From assembly GCA_951406725.2 (NCBI GenBank), contig OX597835.1, positions 45,136,001 through 45,200,000 on the forward strand: 64,000 nt of DNA, read 5' to 3'. The notes below the pieces were generated by a model that did no database searches, was not told where the DNA came from, and saw nothing but the letters and a program-made list of their open reading frames with translations. Made by a program: the position numbers and the translations under genes. How positions within the stretch are numbered: the first letter of the stretch is position 1; each line of letters starts with the position of its first letter. The DNA is from Octopus vulgaris (Eukaryota). Below, one piece after another: positions 1-13,046 of the stretch.

Positions 1-21
1 AACAATAATAATAACAACAAC

Positions 22-52
<31 letters not shown>
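1..52 (+). repeat. (AAT/AAC)n microsatellite
   Basis: Read directly; abuts the R4/Dong fragment. Confidence 0.95.
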
Positions 53-54
<2 letters not shown>

Positions 55-450
55 CGTGAAAACCAAAGACATCCCCATTTGAAGAGGAATATTCCAGTGA
101 GACACTATCTCTCCACTCCTTTTCTGCTTGGCACTGTCACCTCTATCTGATATGCTAAATAGAACTGGATGCGGATACAAATGTTACGGCAAAACAATCA
201 ACCACCTTTTATATATGGATGACCTAAAACTATACGCTGCAAATGACAAACAGCTGGAAACACTATTAAAGACAGTTCACGGGTTTACCAAAGAAATAGA
301 TATGAAATTTGGATTAGAAAAATGCGCCAAAGTAACCCTGAAAAGAGAAAAACTAGTTAAGAGTAGCAACATCACACCAGATAAAGCCAATGAAATAAGA
401 GAATTAGACCAAAGCCAAACTTGCAAGTATTTAGGAATCCATGAACTAGA
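53..450 (+). pseudogene. R4/Dong-clade non-LTR retrotransposon reverse transcriptase fragment
   Basis: Translates as RGIFQ*DTISPLLFCLALSPLS...INHLLYMDDLKLYA...MKFGLEKCAK...KYLGI. These are RT motifs with YMDDLKL and in-frame stops; the fragment begins in an AAT repeat. Confidence 0.8.
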
Positions 451-468
451 TGTGTGTGTGTGTGTGTA

Positions 469-1749
469 TTGGGTTGTCCGGAAAATTCGTGCCGATTTTT
501 AAAGGAAAGAAAAAGGTCAATAAATACTTGCCATTACATTTTCAATCAACCAAATATGAACCATTTTGTTGCACAATGCGTCTCCATCTTTCCTTTAACT
601 GGAAAATACCCCCTTCCCAGAATCGAGGTGGTTTCAAAGAATTCATCAAAGTATCCTTTTACGTCATCCAAGGAATTGAAATTTTTACCGTTAAGACTAT
701 TTTGCAGAGAACCGAATAAGGGGAAATCCGAAAGAGCAATATCTGGTGAATATGGATGGTGGGGTAAGACATCCCAGCCAAGCTGCAGCAATTTGGTCCC
801 AGTCTGGTTCCCAAAGAAACGTGCGGTCTTGCATTTTCATGTTGGAAAACAACACCCTTCTTGTTGGCCAATTCTGAACGTTTCTCTTGAATTGCTGCTT
901 TTAACTTGTCCTGTTGTGTGCAGTATTTCTCAGAATGAATTGTCTGGTTACTTGGGAGAAGCTCTTAGTACAGAATTCCTTTCAAATCCCACCAGACACA
1001 AAGCAAGACTTTTTTAGGGTTAAGACCCGCTTTTGGGGTGGCTAAGGGTGGCTCATGTCACTTACTCCAGGATCGATTTCTCTGAACATTTCGGTAGATA
1101 ATCCATTTCTTATCACCTGTCAGAATTTGCTTTAAAACAAGGCGCCTTTTCATTTCGTTTATAAAGCGAATCACAGAGCGAAATGCGACCCAAAAGGTTC
1201 TTCTCACTTAACTCATGTGGTACCTAAACATCGTAGCGATTTGTGTAACCAAGCTTTACCAGTTGCTCATGGACGACGGATTTTGATAGGTTGAGGCTTT
1301 CTGCCAATTGTCGTGTTGTCCAATGTGGGTTATTCCCAATGACTTGATTTGGTCTTCATCTGTAGTGGATGCTCTGCTTTATCGCTCTTTAGCAATAAGG
1401 CTACAATCACCAGCTCGGAACCTTGCGAACCCCTTTCGTACAGTTCTTTCGATAAAAGAAACATCACCGTAAACTAGGCATATTTCTTTGCTTGCCTGTG
1501 AGGCATTTTCCCTTTACGGAAAAAGAAAAAGCATCAAGTGCCGAAAATGAACTTTCTTATCTTCCATTTTAAAGGGTTCAAGAATTAAAAGAGATTATAG
1601 GAACATAAACTTTCTTCCGCGAAAAGATAGCTTAAACTGTACTCTAAATAAATGTCTACTCAAATACTATTCTATGGATCTAACTATGTTCTAAAATAAG
1701 TCAAAAGGTAAGCTACTATAACTCGGCACGAACTTTCCGTACAACCCAA
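469..1749 (-). mobile_element. Full-length but decayed mariner (Tc1/mariner) transposon, 1281 bp
   Basis: 27-bp TIRs (TTGGGTTGTCCGGAAAATTCGTGCCGA at 469-495; inverse copy at 1723-1749) with TA on both sides. Transposase remnants: MEDKKVHFRH from ATG 1567, VFQHENARPH and HHPYSPDIALSD. Confidence 0.92.
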
Positions 1750-1754
1750 TATAT

Positions 1755-1793
<39 letters not shown>

Positions 1794-1796
<3 letters not shown>

Positions 1797-2592
1797 TCTC
1801 TATATATAAACGGCAGTTTGTCTGTCTGTGTCTCTGTGTGTCTGTCAGGTTGTACCTTCACCCTAACCACGGCTTTCAACCGATTCTGATGAAACTTGAC
1901 ACACACATAGCCCAATGTCATAATTCAAAACTAACGCAGCGAAAATTTTGAAAAGTGTCCCCCTAGGTCTGAAAAAAAATCGATAAGTTCGACATGGGTC
2001 GAGAATCTAAGCCTTTTATATGAAACACATTTTCTACAGACTGTCTAGGGGACGCAACTCGACCTTTTTAACTCTCGGAACACGTGGGGTAAGTATCCCA
2101 AAATGTATAAAAATGTACAAAAACGGGCAGCAATGTGAGTGACAACAACGAAAAAGTCAAAAGTGACCAAACTGAACAAACGATTGGAAAAGGTTTTTTT
2201 GGTGCACACGACAAAAGCGGTTTATAATAAACCAAGAGTTTGCAAGTAGCGTCCGAGGACCCTTAAGGTACGTCAAAAATTCAAGGTAAAACGTTTGGAG
2301 TGGTAGTTATAAAGAAAGTGTAAACAAAAAATCTATTCGAATAACTTCCGGCTGCAGCATCTATTAGCAGAAGTGGCGGTGTTGGGGGTAAAGTCTCGAA
2401 TGTAATTTCTTCTTGGTAGGAATTGGTTGGGTTGAATTATCGATAGCTGTTTGATAGTTATTTGGGAGTGAAGAGAAGACATTGCAACCTACACCTGCGC
2501 CTTCGTTCCCTAGAGGGAAAGGACTAGATTGGGATTAGTCGTTGCCTACTAGGGGCTCTTACATACCCGGGCAACGCCGGGCTATGCTGCTA

Positions 2593-2593
<1 letters not shown>
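1794..2593 (+). mobile_element. Non-autonomous Helitron
   Basis: 5' TC after A, (TGTC)n near the 5' end, 3' hairpin CCCGGGCAACGCCGGG at 2566-2581, and terminal CTAG followed by T. Confidence 0.8.
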
Positions 2594-2641
<48 letters not shown>

Positions 2642-2909
2642 TGTATATGTATATATATATATGTAAATATATATGCATGTATATGTATATATATATATGT
2701 AATTATATATGTATATATATGTGTATATATATATATGTAAATATATATGTATATATATATGTGTATATATGTATATGAATATATATATATCTATATATAT
2801 GTACGTATGTATATGAATATATATATATGTATGTATATATACATGCATATATATATATGTATATAGATATATATATATATATATAGATATACATATATAT
2901 ATATATACG

Positions 2910-2978
<69 letters not shown>
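2594..2978. repeat. (AT)n/(ATGT)n compound microsatellite, representative of dozens in the window
   Basis: Read directly. Confidence 0.95.
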
Positions 2979-3724
2979 GAATTTAATTCGTGCTTCACCG
3001 CTTGACACCCTGTGTTGATATGTGTACGTCCCCGTAACGTATCGGTTCAGCAAAAAACTGCACTCCGTAGCATATCTTATCTCGAGACGTAACAAACGCG
3101 AACAATGATTAAATACAAAGACATATACATAGGAATATTTTGTGCATTGTTTTCGAATGGGAAAAACTTATAGAATAAACTAAAGGAGCAATTACAGAAT
3201 ATGTCAAAGAGGACAATATCGATATGAATAATAAATATGACAGTGTGTGGTGAACGCTCGAAAGGAAGCGTTCCTTTAATTGTATTTTTTGTTCTGCGTT
3301 AGTAAAAGAAATACAACAAAACTAGTGGTAATGGTTAACAAACCTTAATAACAAGGTGGTGGGTGATAATTCCAAGCAAAGATCGGTTCAAGAAAACAGT
3401 GCTAGGTCACATTGACCACCGAACCCATTGACATCTCCTGGTGTGCAGCGGAGTATATTCTAATACATTTATGGATATTGATTAAAGGTATATGATATTG
3501 AGTATATTTTTATAGTTGAAACCGAATATTTCAGAAAAAGATAATATTCTGGTTATTGTCACAAACATGAGATGCACTCACATTATTTTGTTATTTGAAA
3601 TTCTATAAGAAAAAAAGCTGCTATTCGACTTATGTATTACGCATACAATAATGGTGGGTATCTCAAAATATGAAGATGTTGAGTAATCTTCGAATTGCAA
3701 CAAACGTCCACATATATATTCATA

Positions 3725-4115
3725 CTAGCAGTATCGCCCGGCGTTGCTCGGGTTTGTAAGAGAAATAACTATATAAGCATTTTTAGAGATGTAAAGTATA
3801 ATAGCCATCTCAATATGGCTAACCACAAAGGGGGTGGGGTGTTACTGTAGCTTTTTACGTTCTGAGATTTAATAATAATTTTTTAGAGAGTTACTTCCCT
3901 TATATATGCCAAAAATGCATTAAAATGGGAAAAATTGATTATAATTTTTTTTTAAATCGTAGACTCATCGTAGACGCACGCTAATACCCAGAAGGGCTCG
4001 ATATGAATCACGCCTATAAGATATCCGGATTTGGTTAAACTGCACCGCAAAATGTGGGAGTAGTTAGGAATCTAAATCGTAGGAGACAGACAGCACACAA
4101 CCTTACTTTCATATA
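3725..4115 (-). mobile_element. Non-autonomous Helitron, variant of the 513-bp family
   Basis: CTAG end plus hairpin CCCGGCGTTGCTCGGG; shares both ends with 5126-5638 and 7829-8341 but has a different interior. Confidence 0.8.
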
Positions 4116-4131
4116 TTCATATAAGGATGGT

Positions 4132-4400
4132 ATATAACACGATGAAGGAGAATAACAAGTTTTAATAGTAGATCCCAACATTTGTCTCTGCGCCTCACAC
4201 CAGCTTTAGGTTGCTGCGTGTGAATTCAAAATGCCATTGTAAAAAACATTCTTTATAATTATTATACATCTGAATGCTACCGTGCCACAGCCGTGTGAGG
4301 ACGCTTCATGTGGTTGGAATATTTAAAGCTGGTGTACTGTTCAAGAACAAATGCTGGAATCTACTATTAAATCCTGTTTTCCTCCATCTTCGTGTTATAT
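4132..4400. repeat. Imperfect inverted-repeat (fold-back) element, arms ~55 bp
   Basis: ATATAACACGATGAAGGAG...TAATAGTAGATCCCAACATTTGT is matched in inverse by ACAAATGCTGGAATCTACTATTA...CTCCATCTTCGTGTTATAT. Confidence 0.6.
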
Positions 4401-4804
4401 TATATGTTTGTATTCATCTTACGACACCCGGAATACCTGTTACGTAGTAGGAGGGCGTGTAAGAAATAGCAGTCAAATCTATTCTATTCTGAGGAAAGTA
4501 GCCGTTTACGCGTAATTTCGATGTCACAGACGTTGAAAGTATGCGAAATAACATACCCACGAAACTAAACTAAATGAAAAAAACCGCGAAACTTAACTCC
4601 GTTGCTGGGAAACTCAGACTTTCCCGGTGACTAAACGGGTCACGAGTAGTGTAGTCTAGTATATGTATGTATATATGTATATATATAAATAAATATATAT
4701 ATATCATAATAATAATAATAATAATGATATAACACACATACATACAGACACACACACACATACACACACACACACATATATATAGAGAGAGAATATATAT
4801 AAAT

Positions 4805-7080
4805 ACAAGTGAAAGACGAAATATGGGATATACGAGATTTTATTATTCACAACAATTGTTTCGTCACATCTAGCATAGATTCCGCACGTGTGGGAAACTC
4901 AACAACTGGTTCAGAAGCATCCAGCGGTGCAGCCGCATCTCGTCGAGTGATAAATAGATACGACTCGTTAGAATAACAGTTCCGCAACGAAACCTCTCGT
5001 TTTGTAGAAAGAAAAACAGCCAGACGGAGGAAATATCTTCATTTGTATTGGAGATCAAAAATAAAATCACAGATGGGAATAAATGAGAAACGAACGCGCA
5101 ATAACAGCGAGAAAATTATTAAAAACTAGCAGTATCGCCCGGCGTTGCTCGGGTTTGTAAGGGAAATAACTATATAAGCATTTTTAGAGAGTTACTTCCC
5201 TTATAGATGTCAATTCGGGCTTTCTTAGCCATTTCTGTTTTGGTGTCTTCAAGCCATGAAGTCGTTGTTCTAAAAGAACGCTGGTCTCCTTGACAACGCT
5301 TTACGACGTTGATTTCCTTACACTCCCTTCCCCACAGCTTCACGAGGTAGGGAAGAAGGGGAGAAGCAAACAGGTGCAGGTGTGACCATGGACGCCAACT
5401 CCGCCGCCATCGACACACGAAAAATTATGCATTAAAATGGAATAAAAAAATTATGTTAAATTATTTTTAAAATCGGAGACTCATCGTAGACGCGCGCTAA
5501 TACACAGACCGGCTCGATATCAATCACGACTATAAGATACCCGAATTTGGTTAAACTGCACCGCAAAATGTGGGAGTAGTTAGGAATCTAAATCGAAGGG
5601 GACAGGCACTCACACAACTACAGTTTTATATATATAGATAATCGTTAACAAATATGGATGTATAAGCGCCCACACGAAAGCTGCAAGGCGCGAGTACACT
5701 CGCTCATATAAGCATCTGCGAAAATGTGAGCATAAGCACAGGTGTGGTTTGGTACACTCACGATCACAAAGAGAGTTAAGTAGCTACTTAGTGTTTATAA
5801 GAACGGGAAGGTTAAAACTAAACTTAAGTTATCTATACCTTAAAGTAAATTGAATTATGTTAAAGGTTACTCAAAATATCTTCTCACAGCTTGTTCGAAA
5901 GTACTTTTATATGTGTGTCGGCATCTCGAGAGTCTTTCACAAATTCTATGAACGACCATCTCATTAATCCACAGAACAGACAGGGAATTCTCGGAGCAGA
6001 TGTGGCATCTCCTTGAAATTATATTGTATGGTTATGCGTGCCTTACTATGGACCAAGTCATGCTGTACTTCATTTTATTCTCCTTAAATCGATATAAAAA
6101 ATCTGCCAAAGATGTTGAATGTCTCTTATCGATTGTCTCGCGACATGGCTACAATAACGATTCTCAGATGATTCAGCCGTCTGCTCAACGTAAAAATACG
6201 GCGCTCTTCTTGTGCAAACGGTACATTTATATACAAGATTTGTACTCATACAGAGATTCATCAAAAGACATTTTGATTTTTCATAGCATTAGCACATCAT
6301 ATTTATTTGTATATGAAGCAGTCCCGAATCCATTTAACGCCATTGTTACCGTGTTAGCCGTATCATAAGTATTTCTATTTCTACGATTTGGTTGTAATTG
6401 GAGTTTATCATTGCGGTTTACATCTCCTTGGTTGGTATTTAGATGCAAATGTTCGCTTGACCCGGTAGGTGGGTTATTGAACCTTTTCTGCATTTAGCTG
6501 TTGTTTATGCTATGCATAATCTGCTCTAAATTAGCAGTTAGCGTAGGATTCTTTCACGGTGTGTCGATTAAAAATTGGATGATACCGAGTAGATTTAGGA
6601 AAACATTTGTCCAAAACATCAAACAATTTTCCAGCTTATTGGTTGAAACATGTGAACCAAAAGTCGGATTGAACCAGAGACCGCCCTGTTTCCTACATCT
6701 GTTGTTAGGCTTATTTGATCGAATGTGTTGTACAGGATTGGAACAAGCAGTTGGATTATTATGGCATGTGATAGTTCATTATTATGGCATGGTAGTTCAT
6801 TGACATAACCAATTCTTCCTGCCCTGTATTCTCTATCTGAGTGAGCTTTCAACCTGTGATGTTGTTATTGTGTACAATGGAATTACCAGTGTTGTGTATG
6901 TCTGCTTCTTCTATATGTTGAATTTTTCCCGGTACCCAGCCCTAGCTAGAGCAGCGTCATAATAAGCTGCATGAGATTCGAAAATTTTATTATTGGGTGA
7001 TAATCTAGAAATTATTAAATAATCCCCATATAGATATAAACAGTAAACACAAATGGGGATTAAAGCATTGCTGAGTGGGG
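4805..7080 (-). mobile_element. Decayed Penelope-like retroelement (RT thumb plus C-terminal GIY-YIG; Naiad-like), interrupted by a Helitron
   Basis: Minus-strand remnants ISRLSPNNKIFESHAAYYDAALARAGY, IWFNPTFGSHVSTN...DKCFPKSTRYHPIFNRHTVKESY, C*CYEKSKCLLMNLCMSTNLVYKCTVC...FYVEQT, WSIVRHA*PY...RRCHIC...CRH. Boundaries are approximate. Confidence 0.7.
5126..5638 (-). mobile_element. Non-autonomous Helitron, 513 bp
   Basis: A|TCTATATATA...hairpin...CTAG|T on the minus strand; near-identical to 7829-8341. Confidence 0.88.
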
Positions 7081-7828
7081 TAGGATTTTATTCAATGTCA
7101 TAAAGGATTGATTGTCATCCGTTAGTCTCGGCAGAGTACGGATCTGGGCGTTGAATTGGATTGACTTGCAGCATCGCTTGTGACTGACCAGGCTAATGCA
7201 TGTATGAGTCACGGCTGCAACGGTCGCAAATATGGTTCGTCGGTTGGTCATTTGTTAATGATTCGCTCTTCCTACGACTCCGTCGGTCCTCTGCTGTCTG
7301 GCGTATGTGATCTCCTACATCATGATATATAATGCCCCATCAATAGACAAGATTCGAAACAGTTAAGAATCTAAACATTAATTCGTATATAGCCAACATT
7401 AGCCCTGATTCCTATCAATAATTACATCAAAATGTTATACACACACACACACACACACACGAACATGCACACACACATACACACACATATAGTAACAATA
7501 ATCTAAGAATGGGATTTATAAACATATAATGCATCGCTACGCGCGCATCCACAAATCCCATGTCTCTTAACATCACATTCAGTATTCGTGAGATAATTAC
7601 AGTGTAGTCTGTATTATCCGTGGGCCTCGGGTTCGTAATCTTCATGAATTCATTTCATCAGGTGATATAAAATGGATTCATGAAGTTGATTTACCCGATG
7701 CTCAAGCATACTACAGTCTAAACAGTAATTATTCCAGCAAAATGGACTATGATCTTTAGAGACGTGATCTGCGGAAACTCGCATTAAATGGCTATAAATT
7801 CCCTCCAAGGATTATTTTTAGTACTATA

Positions 7829-8341
7829 CTAGCAGTATCACCCGGCGTTGCTCGGGTTTGTAAGGGAAATAACTATATAAGCATTTTTAGAGAGTTACTT
7901 CCCTTATAGATGCCAATTCGGGCTTTCTTAGCCATTTCTGTTTTGGTGTCTTCAAGCCATGAAGTCGTTGTTCTAAAAGAACGCTGGTCTCCTTGACAAC
8001 GCTTTACGACGTTGATTTCCTTACACTCCCTTCCCCACAGCTTCACGAGGGAGGGAAGAAGGGGGAGAAGCAAACAGGTGCAGGTGTGACCATGGACGCC
8101 AACTCCGCCGCCATCGACACACGAAAAATTATGCATTAAAATAGAATAAAAAATGATGTTAAATTATTTTTAAAATCGTAGACTCATTGTAGACGCGCGC
8201 TAATACTCAGACGGATTCGATATGAATCACGACTATAAGATACCCGAATTTGGTTAAACTGCACCGCAAAATGTGGGAGTAGTTAGGAATCTAAATCGAA
8301 GGGGACAGACACTCACACAACTACAGTTTTATATATATAGA
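7829..8341 (-). mobile_element. Non-autonomous Helitron, 513 bp
   Basis: Same termini and length as 5126-5638. Confidence 0.88.
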
Positions 8342-9089
8342 TTAATCCTACATTACATCGGTACAGCTCAATGCATCCCTAAAAAACTGGTTCATTGGTC
8401 AACATCATTAGACTGTGGCCAACATAATGGAATGGGAATCTTATTGGCATATTCAAACGTTTTCTGTTAACAAACTTAATATATACACTACAAGAGAGAA
8501 GATGATGGGTGGAAAGGTTGGTCATTCCCTTAAAATTCTGTGTAAATTCTTGAATATAATTCATTCTGCATATATACTTCTACACTACCAAAATTTTTGA
8601 TGAGCTTAACATAATTATAAATTTATTTTACTACCTATTTTGAACATTTTTATGTAAACTGTTTAAACAAAACGCCTCACTAAACATTTTATCATCATTG
8701 TCAAAGATGTTAACATTACTTTTATCATAATCAAAGACTGTATAACTGTATTTTAACACAATTATGATAACCATTTTGTACCATAACAAAGCTTCTACAA
8801 AGCTATACATTTTACTTTTGATAATGTTTTTTCTTTTAAAAATTTAAACCGGTCAAATCAACAAACATCATTAAAATACTTCTGCATTTTCAAACCATCT
8901 TTCCTATATATATACTAGCATTATGACCCGTCGTTGCCGAGTCATAGTGCTACTGCATGTATATATGTGTATATATATGTGTACATATTACATGTACATC
9001 TATATATATATACATCTACACATAAAATACAAAATACAAAGTTATATCTTGATATCGCTAGTGATAACAATACTCAAAATATATAACAG

Positions 9090-9400
9090 ACTGGAATTGT
9101 AAGCCCGTCTCTTGCAATTTCGATCAATTGTATCTTGTTTTCCCTCTTGTATACAAGTGTGGCTACAATCAAGCCTACCTCAACTTCGGGGGGGGGGATT
9201 TAAAATTTTTATCCGGCACGTCCTACGTCCCAGATATAAAGGTAAAAATATAATATTTCCACTTTGCAAGTTCGAGTCGAGTACACCTTGCGCGCTCCAT
9301 TGACTCGAACCTTGTTTCTATTGTGGCGAATTTACCGCCTTTTGTTAGATATCTTTCGTAGTCGCACCAAGACACTTTTCGAAGGTGCTTTCCTCCATGT
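9090..9400 (-). pseudogene. Relic Tx1-type ORF1 (element C), downstream half of the insertion target
   Basis: MEESTFEKCLGA / YLTKGGKFATIETRFESMERA / LQSGNIIFLPLYLGRRTCRIKILNPPPEVEVGLIVATL aligns colinearly with both ORF1 proteins; frameshifted. Confidence 0.85.
9386..9400. repeat. Target-site duplication copy 1 (TGCTTTCCTCCATGT)
   Basis: Identical 15-mer at 14637-14651. Confidence 0.9.
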
Positions 9401-9646
9401 TGTTTTATTATTACCCACAAGGGGCGAACATAGATGGGACAATACAATCTGATGATGGGGTCAGACACACGAATGGGTTTTTACAATAAATCGAATTTAA
9501 AAATTTTCATGAATTACAATAAATGGACAGAAATCGAATGATGGGACAGACCGGAAGACATTACGGGTGGAGTGGGTGCGGGTTTAGCTCGGACCCCACG
9601 AGCCCCGCCTCCCCACTGATACTTTTGGTTGCGCTTGGTATTACAT

Positions 9647-12600
9647 TTATGTTGTATCTTTCACTCGCAACTTTCGTGCTACATCCTTCCATCGTTCTTC
9701 ATACACTCTCCTAGTCAGGCATATTCTCTCCAGCCCTACCTTCCTTTTCAGGTGAAAGATGAAATAATTCATCAAACCAGGGCCGGAGATGAACTTGCCT
9801 GACTGTAAACCTTTCATTCTCGTCTTCCATATCACCTCTTTCGCAATTGCTACTACAACGAGAAAACGAAACTTACCTTCATTCACGAGGAAATCCGGTG
9901 GGTCAATTTTTGTAATCGACTCAGTCGACAGCTGTACTCTTCGTGTACCTGACAACAGCTGTTCGGCATAAACCCACACCTCAGACACGTCCGGACAATG
10001 AACAATAGCGTGCGGGACGGTTTCCCTATCCCGCCCGCATCTTGGACATATCGGACTGTCTTGGCCACCGTGCCTTGCGAGTTTATCCCGAACAGGTAGA
10101 GCTCCTCTGTAGCATTGCCATGCCAGAGACTTCTGGAAGTTGTCCAGTGTCCTCGGCTTGAACGTACCTCGGAACAGACTGGCCAGCTGATTATCGTCGA
10201 GACCTAGGGTTTCCTCCAAGGTATCTTCACATTCCGCCTCTACCAACCCTCTATAGAAGAATGTGGTGGAACCCCCACCGCAGGCGTTGCCCGAGCGACG
10301 GAATAGCAGGAGAGCCTTGCGACACTCCGTGTACCAAGTACCAAGTTTCGATCAACGATTCAGCCAGGTTTCCCATCCACCGAAACTAGTGAACTTGGGA
10401 AACATCAGTTTTGCTAGCGAAGACCACACCCGTTCACCATCCAGGTAGAGCCACAGATGTCTTAACCTCAGCGCATGTCTGCGCATCATCAGCCAAGGCA
10501 TCCCTAGCCCACCCTTTAACGGTTGTTGACAGCAAGTAGAGCGTTTCACAAGTGGTTTCCCGCCCTTCCACAATAAGTAGAAGAGCTGTCTTTCCAACTT
10601 GATCAACCACGAATCAGGGCAAGGAACGACGGAAAGGCGGTAGGTGATAACCGATGCGATAAACACATTGGCCACCTCCGCCCTCCCTTTCAGGGATAGC
10701 CACCGCCAAGACCAGGTCTTGGCTACTGCAGCCACCTTGCTCGTTACCTCGCCCCAATTCTTCTCTATTTGGAGGTCTGGACCGAACCAGACCCCTAGCA
10801 GTTTAATCGGACCCTCCGTCCAACGTCCCACGACGCTGTCAGGAGGCATCGACTTGCCTCTCCAGGTGCCGAGTTGCAAGCGACTGACTTTTCGCGATTA
10901 ACTTTTGCTCCTGTGTCTCGTAAACCTCTATGGCCTTGCCTACTTTACATAGGTGGTCCATTTCGGTTACGATGATGGTGATGTCATCCGCGTACGCTGA
11001 GACTGATTTTCCATTACCTGGCTGTCTCGGGATGCCGCTCAGTTTTCGCAGTAATGGCTCAAGAGCCATCACGTACAAAAGCGGAGAGAGCGGACACCCT
11101 TGACGAACCGAGCGTTTGATTTTGAACGGCTTCGACAAGAAGCCGTTCACCCGAACTACCGAGTCGATGTTATCATAAATTTGGATAATCCACCTGAGGA
11201 AGCCAAGGCTCAGCCCGAACTGTGCCAGGGCAGATACCAGGTAACGATGGTCGACCCTATCAAAAGCTTTAGATTGGTCTAAATGGACCAGTGCCCCACC
11301 CTTGCCAGAATCACTATGAAACCCCTCTATAGTGTACCGCATTAGATGGAGATTATCCTGAATGGATCTGCCCGGAACGGCACATGTCTGTGCCTCTCCG
11401 ATCAGACCATCCGCGACACGCGCCAATCTTTTCGATAACACTTTGGCCAAAATCTTCAACTCTGTGTTTAGCAGAGTGATGGGCCTGAAATTATCAATGC
11501 ACTCCCCCTTGCTCGGGTCCTTTCTGACGAGAGTCACTACTCCCCGGCGCACAGATCTGGGTATAAGCCCGTTCTGCTGCCAGTTCGCATAGACCTCCGC
11601 CAGTAGGTGCCCGAACAAGTCTGGCATACTCTTATATAACTCATAGGATAGACCATCCAAACCCGGCGCCTTGCCCGCGCCGCAGTCCGCCATTGCCTCA
11701 ACCACCTCCTCAGGCGTGATTGGCCCTTCACAGCCCTCCGCATCTCGCCCCGATAAGCGCGGCAGCCCGTCGAGTAGGTCCGTAAAGGCCCTCCTCCTAT
11801 CCAGTCCGCCGCACTCACCGAAAAGCTGAGCGAAGTGCTCCTGAAAGGCCTCACACATCTCCTCGGGTTCGTTTATCAACTCACCTTGTTGGTTCGTCAA
11901 AGATCGAATCGTGGCATCGTTACCATGCTGAGCTTCCACCACTCGGGCCCATCTCACGGCGTTGATTCCTTCACATCCCATATGGCGGATTCTAGCCCTG
12001 ACAATGCTGCCCATGTGTTTGGCCTCGAGGTGCTGGTTTAACACCAGTCTCTTGGACGCCACCTGAGCCGCAGAGCCAGTTTTCATGGCTTCCTCTAATT
12101 CCTTAACTAGAGTAGTTTCCCTTCTAGCCTCTCTAGCCACTACTCCTATGCTATATCTAATAGACTCAAACTTGATGGCTCGTTTGAGGGCGTACCACCA
12201 TTTGTTATTAATGATGGTACCAGATAGTGCCCTCTGAATTATATTCCTAATCCGGTCTTTGTACTCCTTAATCGCCAAAAGGGACGTATTAAGTTTCCAG
12301 TAACCGGATCCTCTATTTTTAACCTTATCTATGTCAAGCTTACAAGTGACCATTTTATGATCACTGTAGCTGATCGGGTAAAACTGTGGACACTTAGCTA
12401 TTTTACTGTCTACTTTTCTAATTAGTATTCTATCTAAATATGACCTGGAAGATCCGTCGCTGTTTGACCATGTCCACAATGGAGCGTTCGGAAATTCCAG
12501 CCTATAAGGATCTGCTAGCTCAAAGCGGCTTAGCAGTTCCATGAAGCCACTGTTGCCTTTTCTATCTGGACGCGAGCCAACACAATCTACATCCGCTTTG

Positions 12601-13037
12601 CAAATTGTGTTAAAGTCTCCTAGCACCACTAATGAATGCGAAGTACCAAGAAAGTTTTCTAGTTCACGAAAATAATCACTTTGCCCTGTATGGTTGGGTG
12701 CGTAAATTGCAACCAGTCTGATAACTTTACCATTACTGAACGTCAAATCCATGACGACCAGCCTACCTTCTGGATCTGCAAAAATTAACTTTTTCTCAGA
12801 AACCCGGTTTCTTTTTAATAGGACCAACACCCCACTCCCGCCTGTAGGACTGCCAGGAGAGAAAAAACTCTCGTAGCCGTCAAACAGCGGGAGTAGACCT
12901 CTTGGCCCCTCTAACCGGGTTTCTGTAGCAACAATAACATCTAAATTACGCGACCTGATATCATGCAGGAAGCGACCTTGCTTCCAGCCTGCTCCCAGGC
13001 CGCGCACATTCAAACAACCAACATAAATGTAATCCAT
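9647..13037 (-). CDS. ORF2: AP endonuclease, reverse transcriptase and C-terminal zinc finger (frameshifts near 10900 and 10350)
   Basis: APE motifs LNVRGL, ETRL, IYAPN, LGDFN, YLDRIL, SDH. RT motifs PGLDGL, FRPITLLN, DQSKAFDRV, VRQGCPLSP, YADD. Zinc finger CPRC...ETVPHAIVHC. Split over ORFs 10839-13037, 10352-10879 and 9647-10246. Confidence 0.93.
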
Positions 13038-13046
13038 TACTTACCT

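Noticed and set aside
10839-13037. Bacterial RT system (retron, group II intron, DGR)
   Set aside because: The N-terminal APE domain, CCHC ORF1, TSDs and eukaryotic context identify a LINE.
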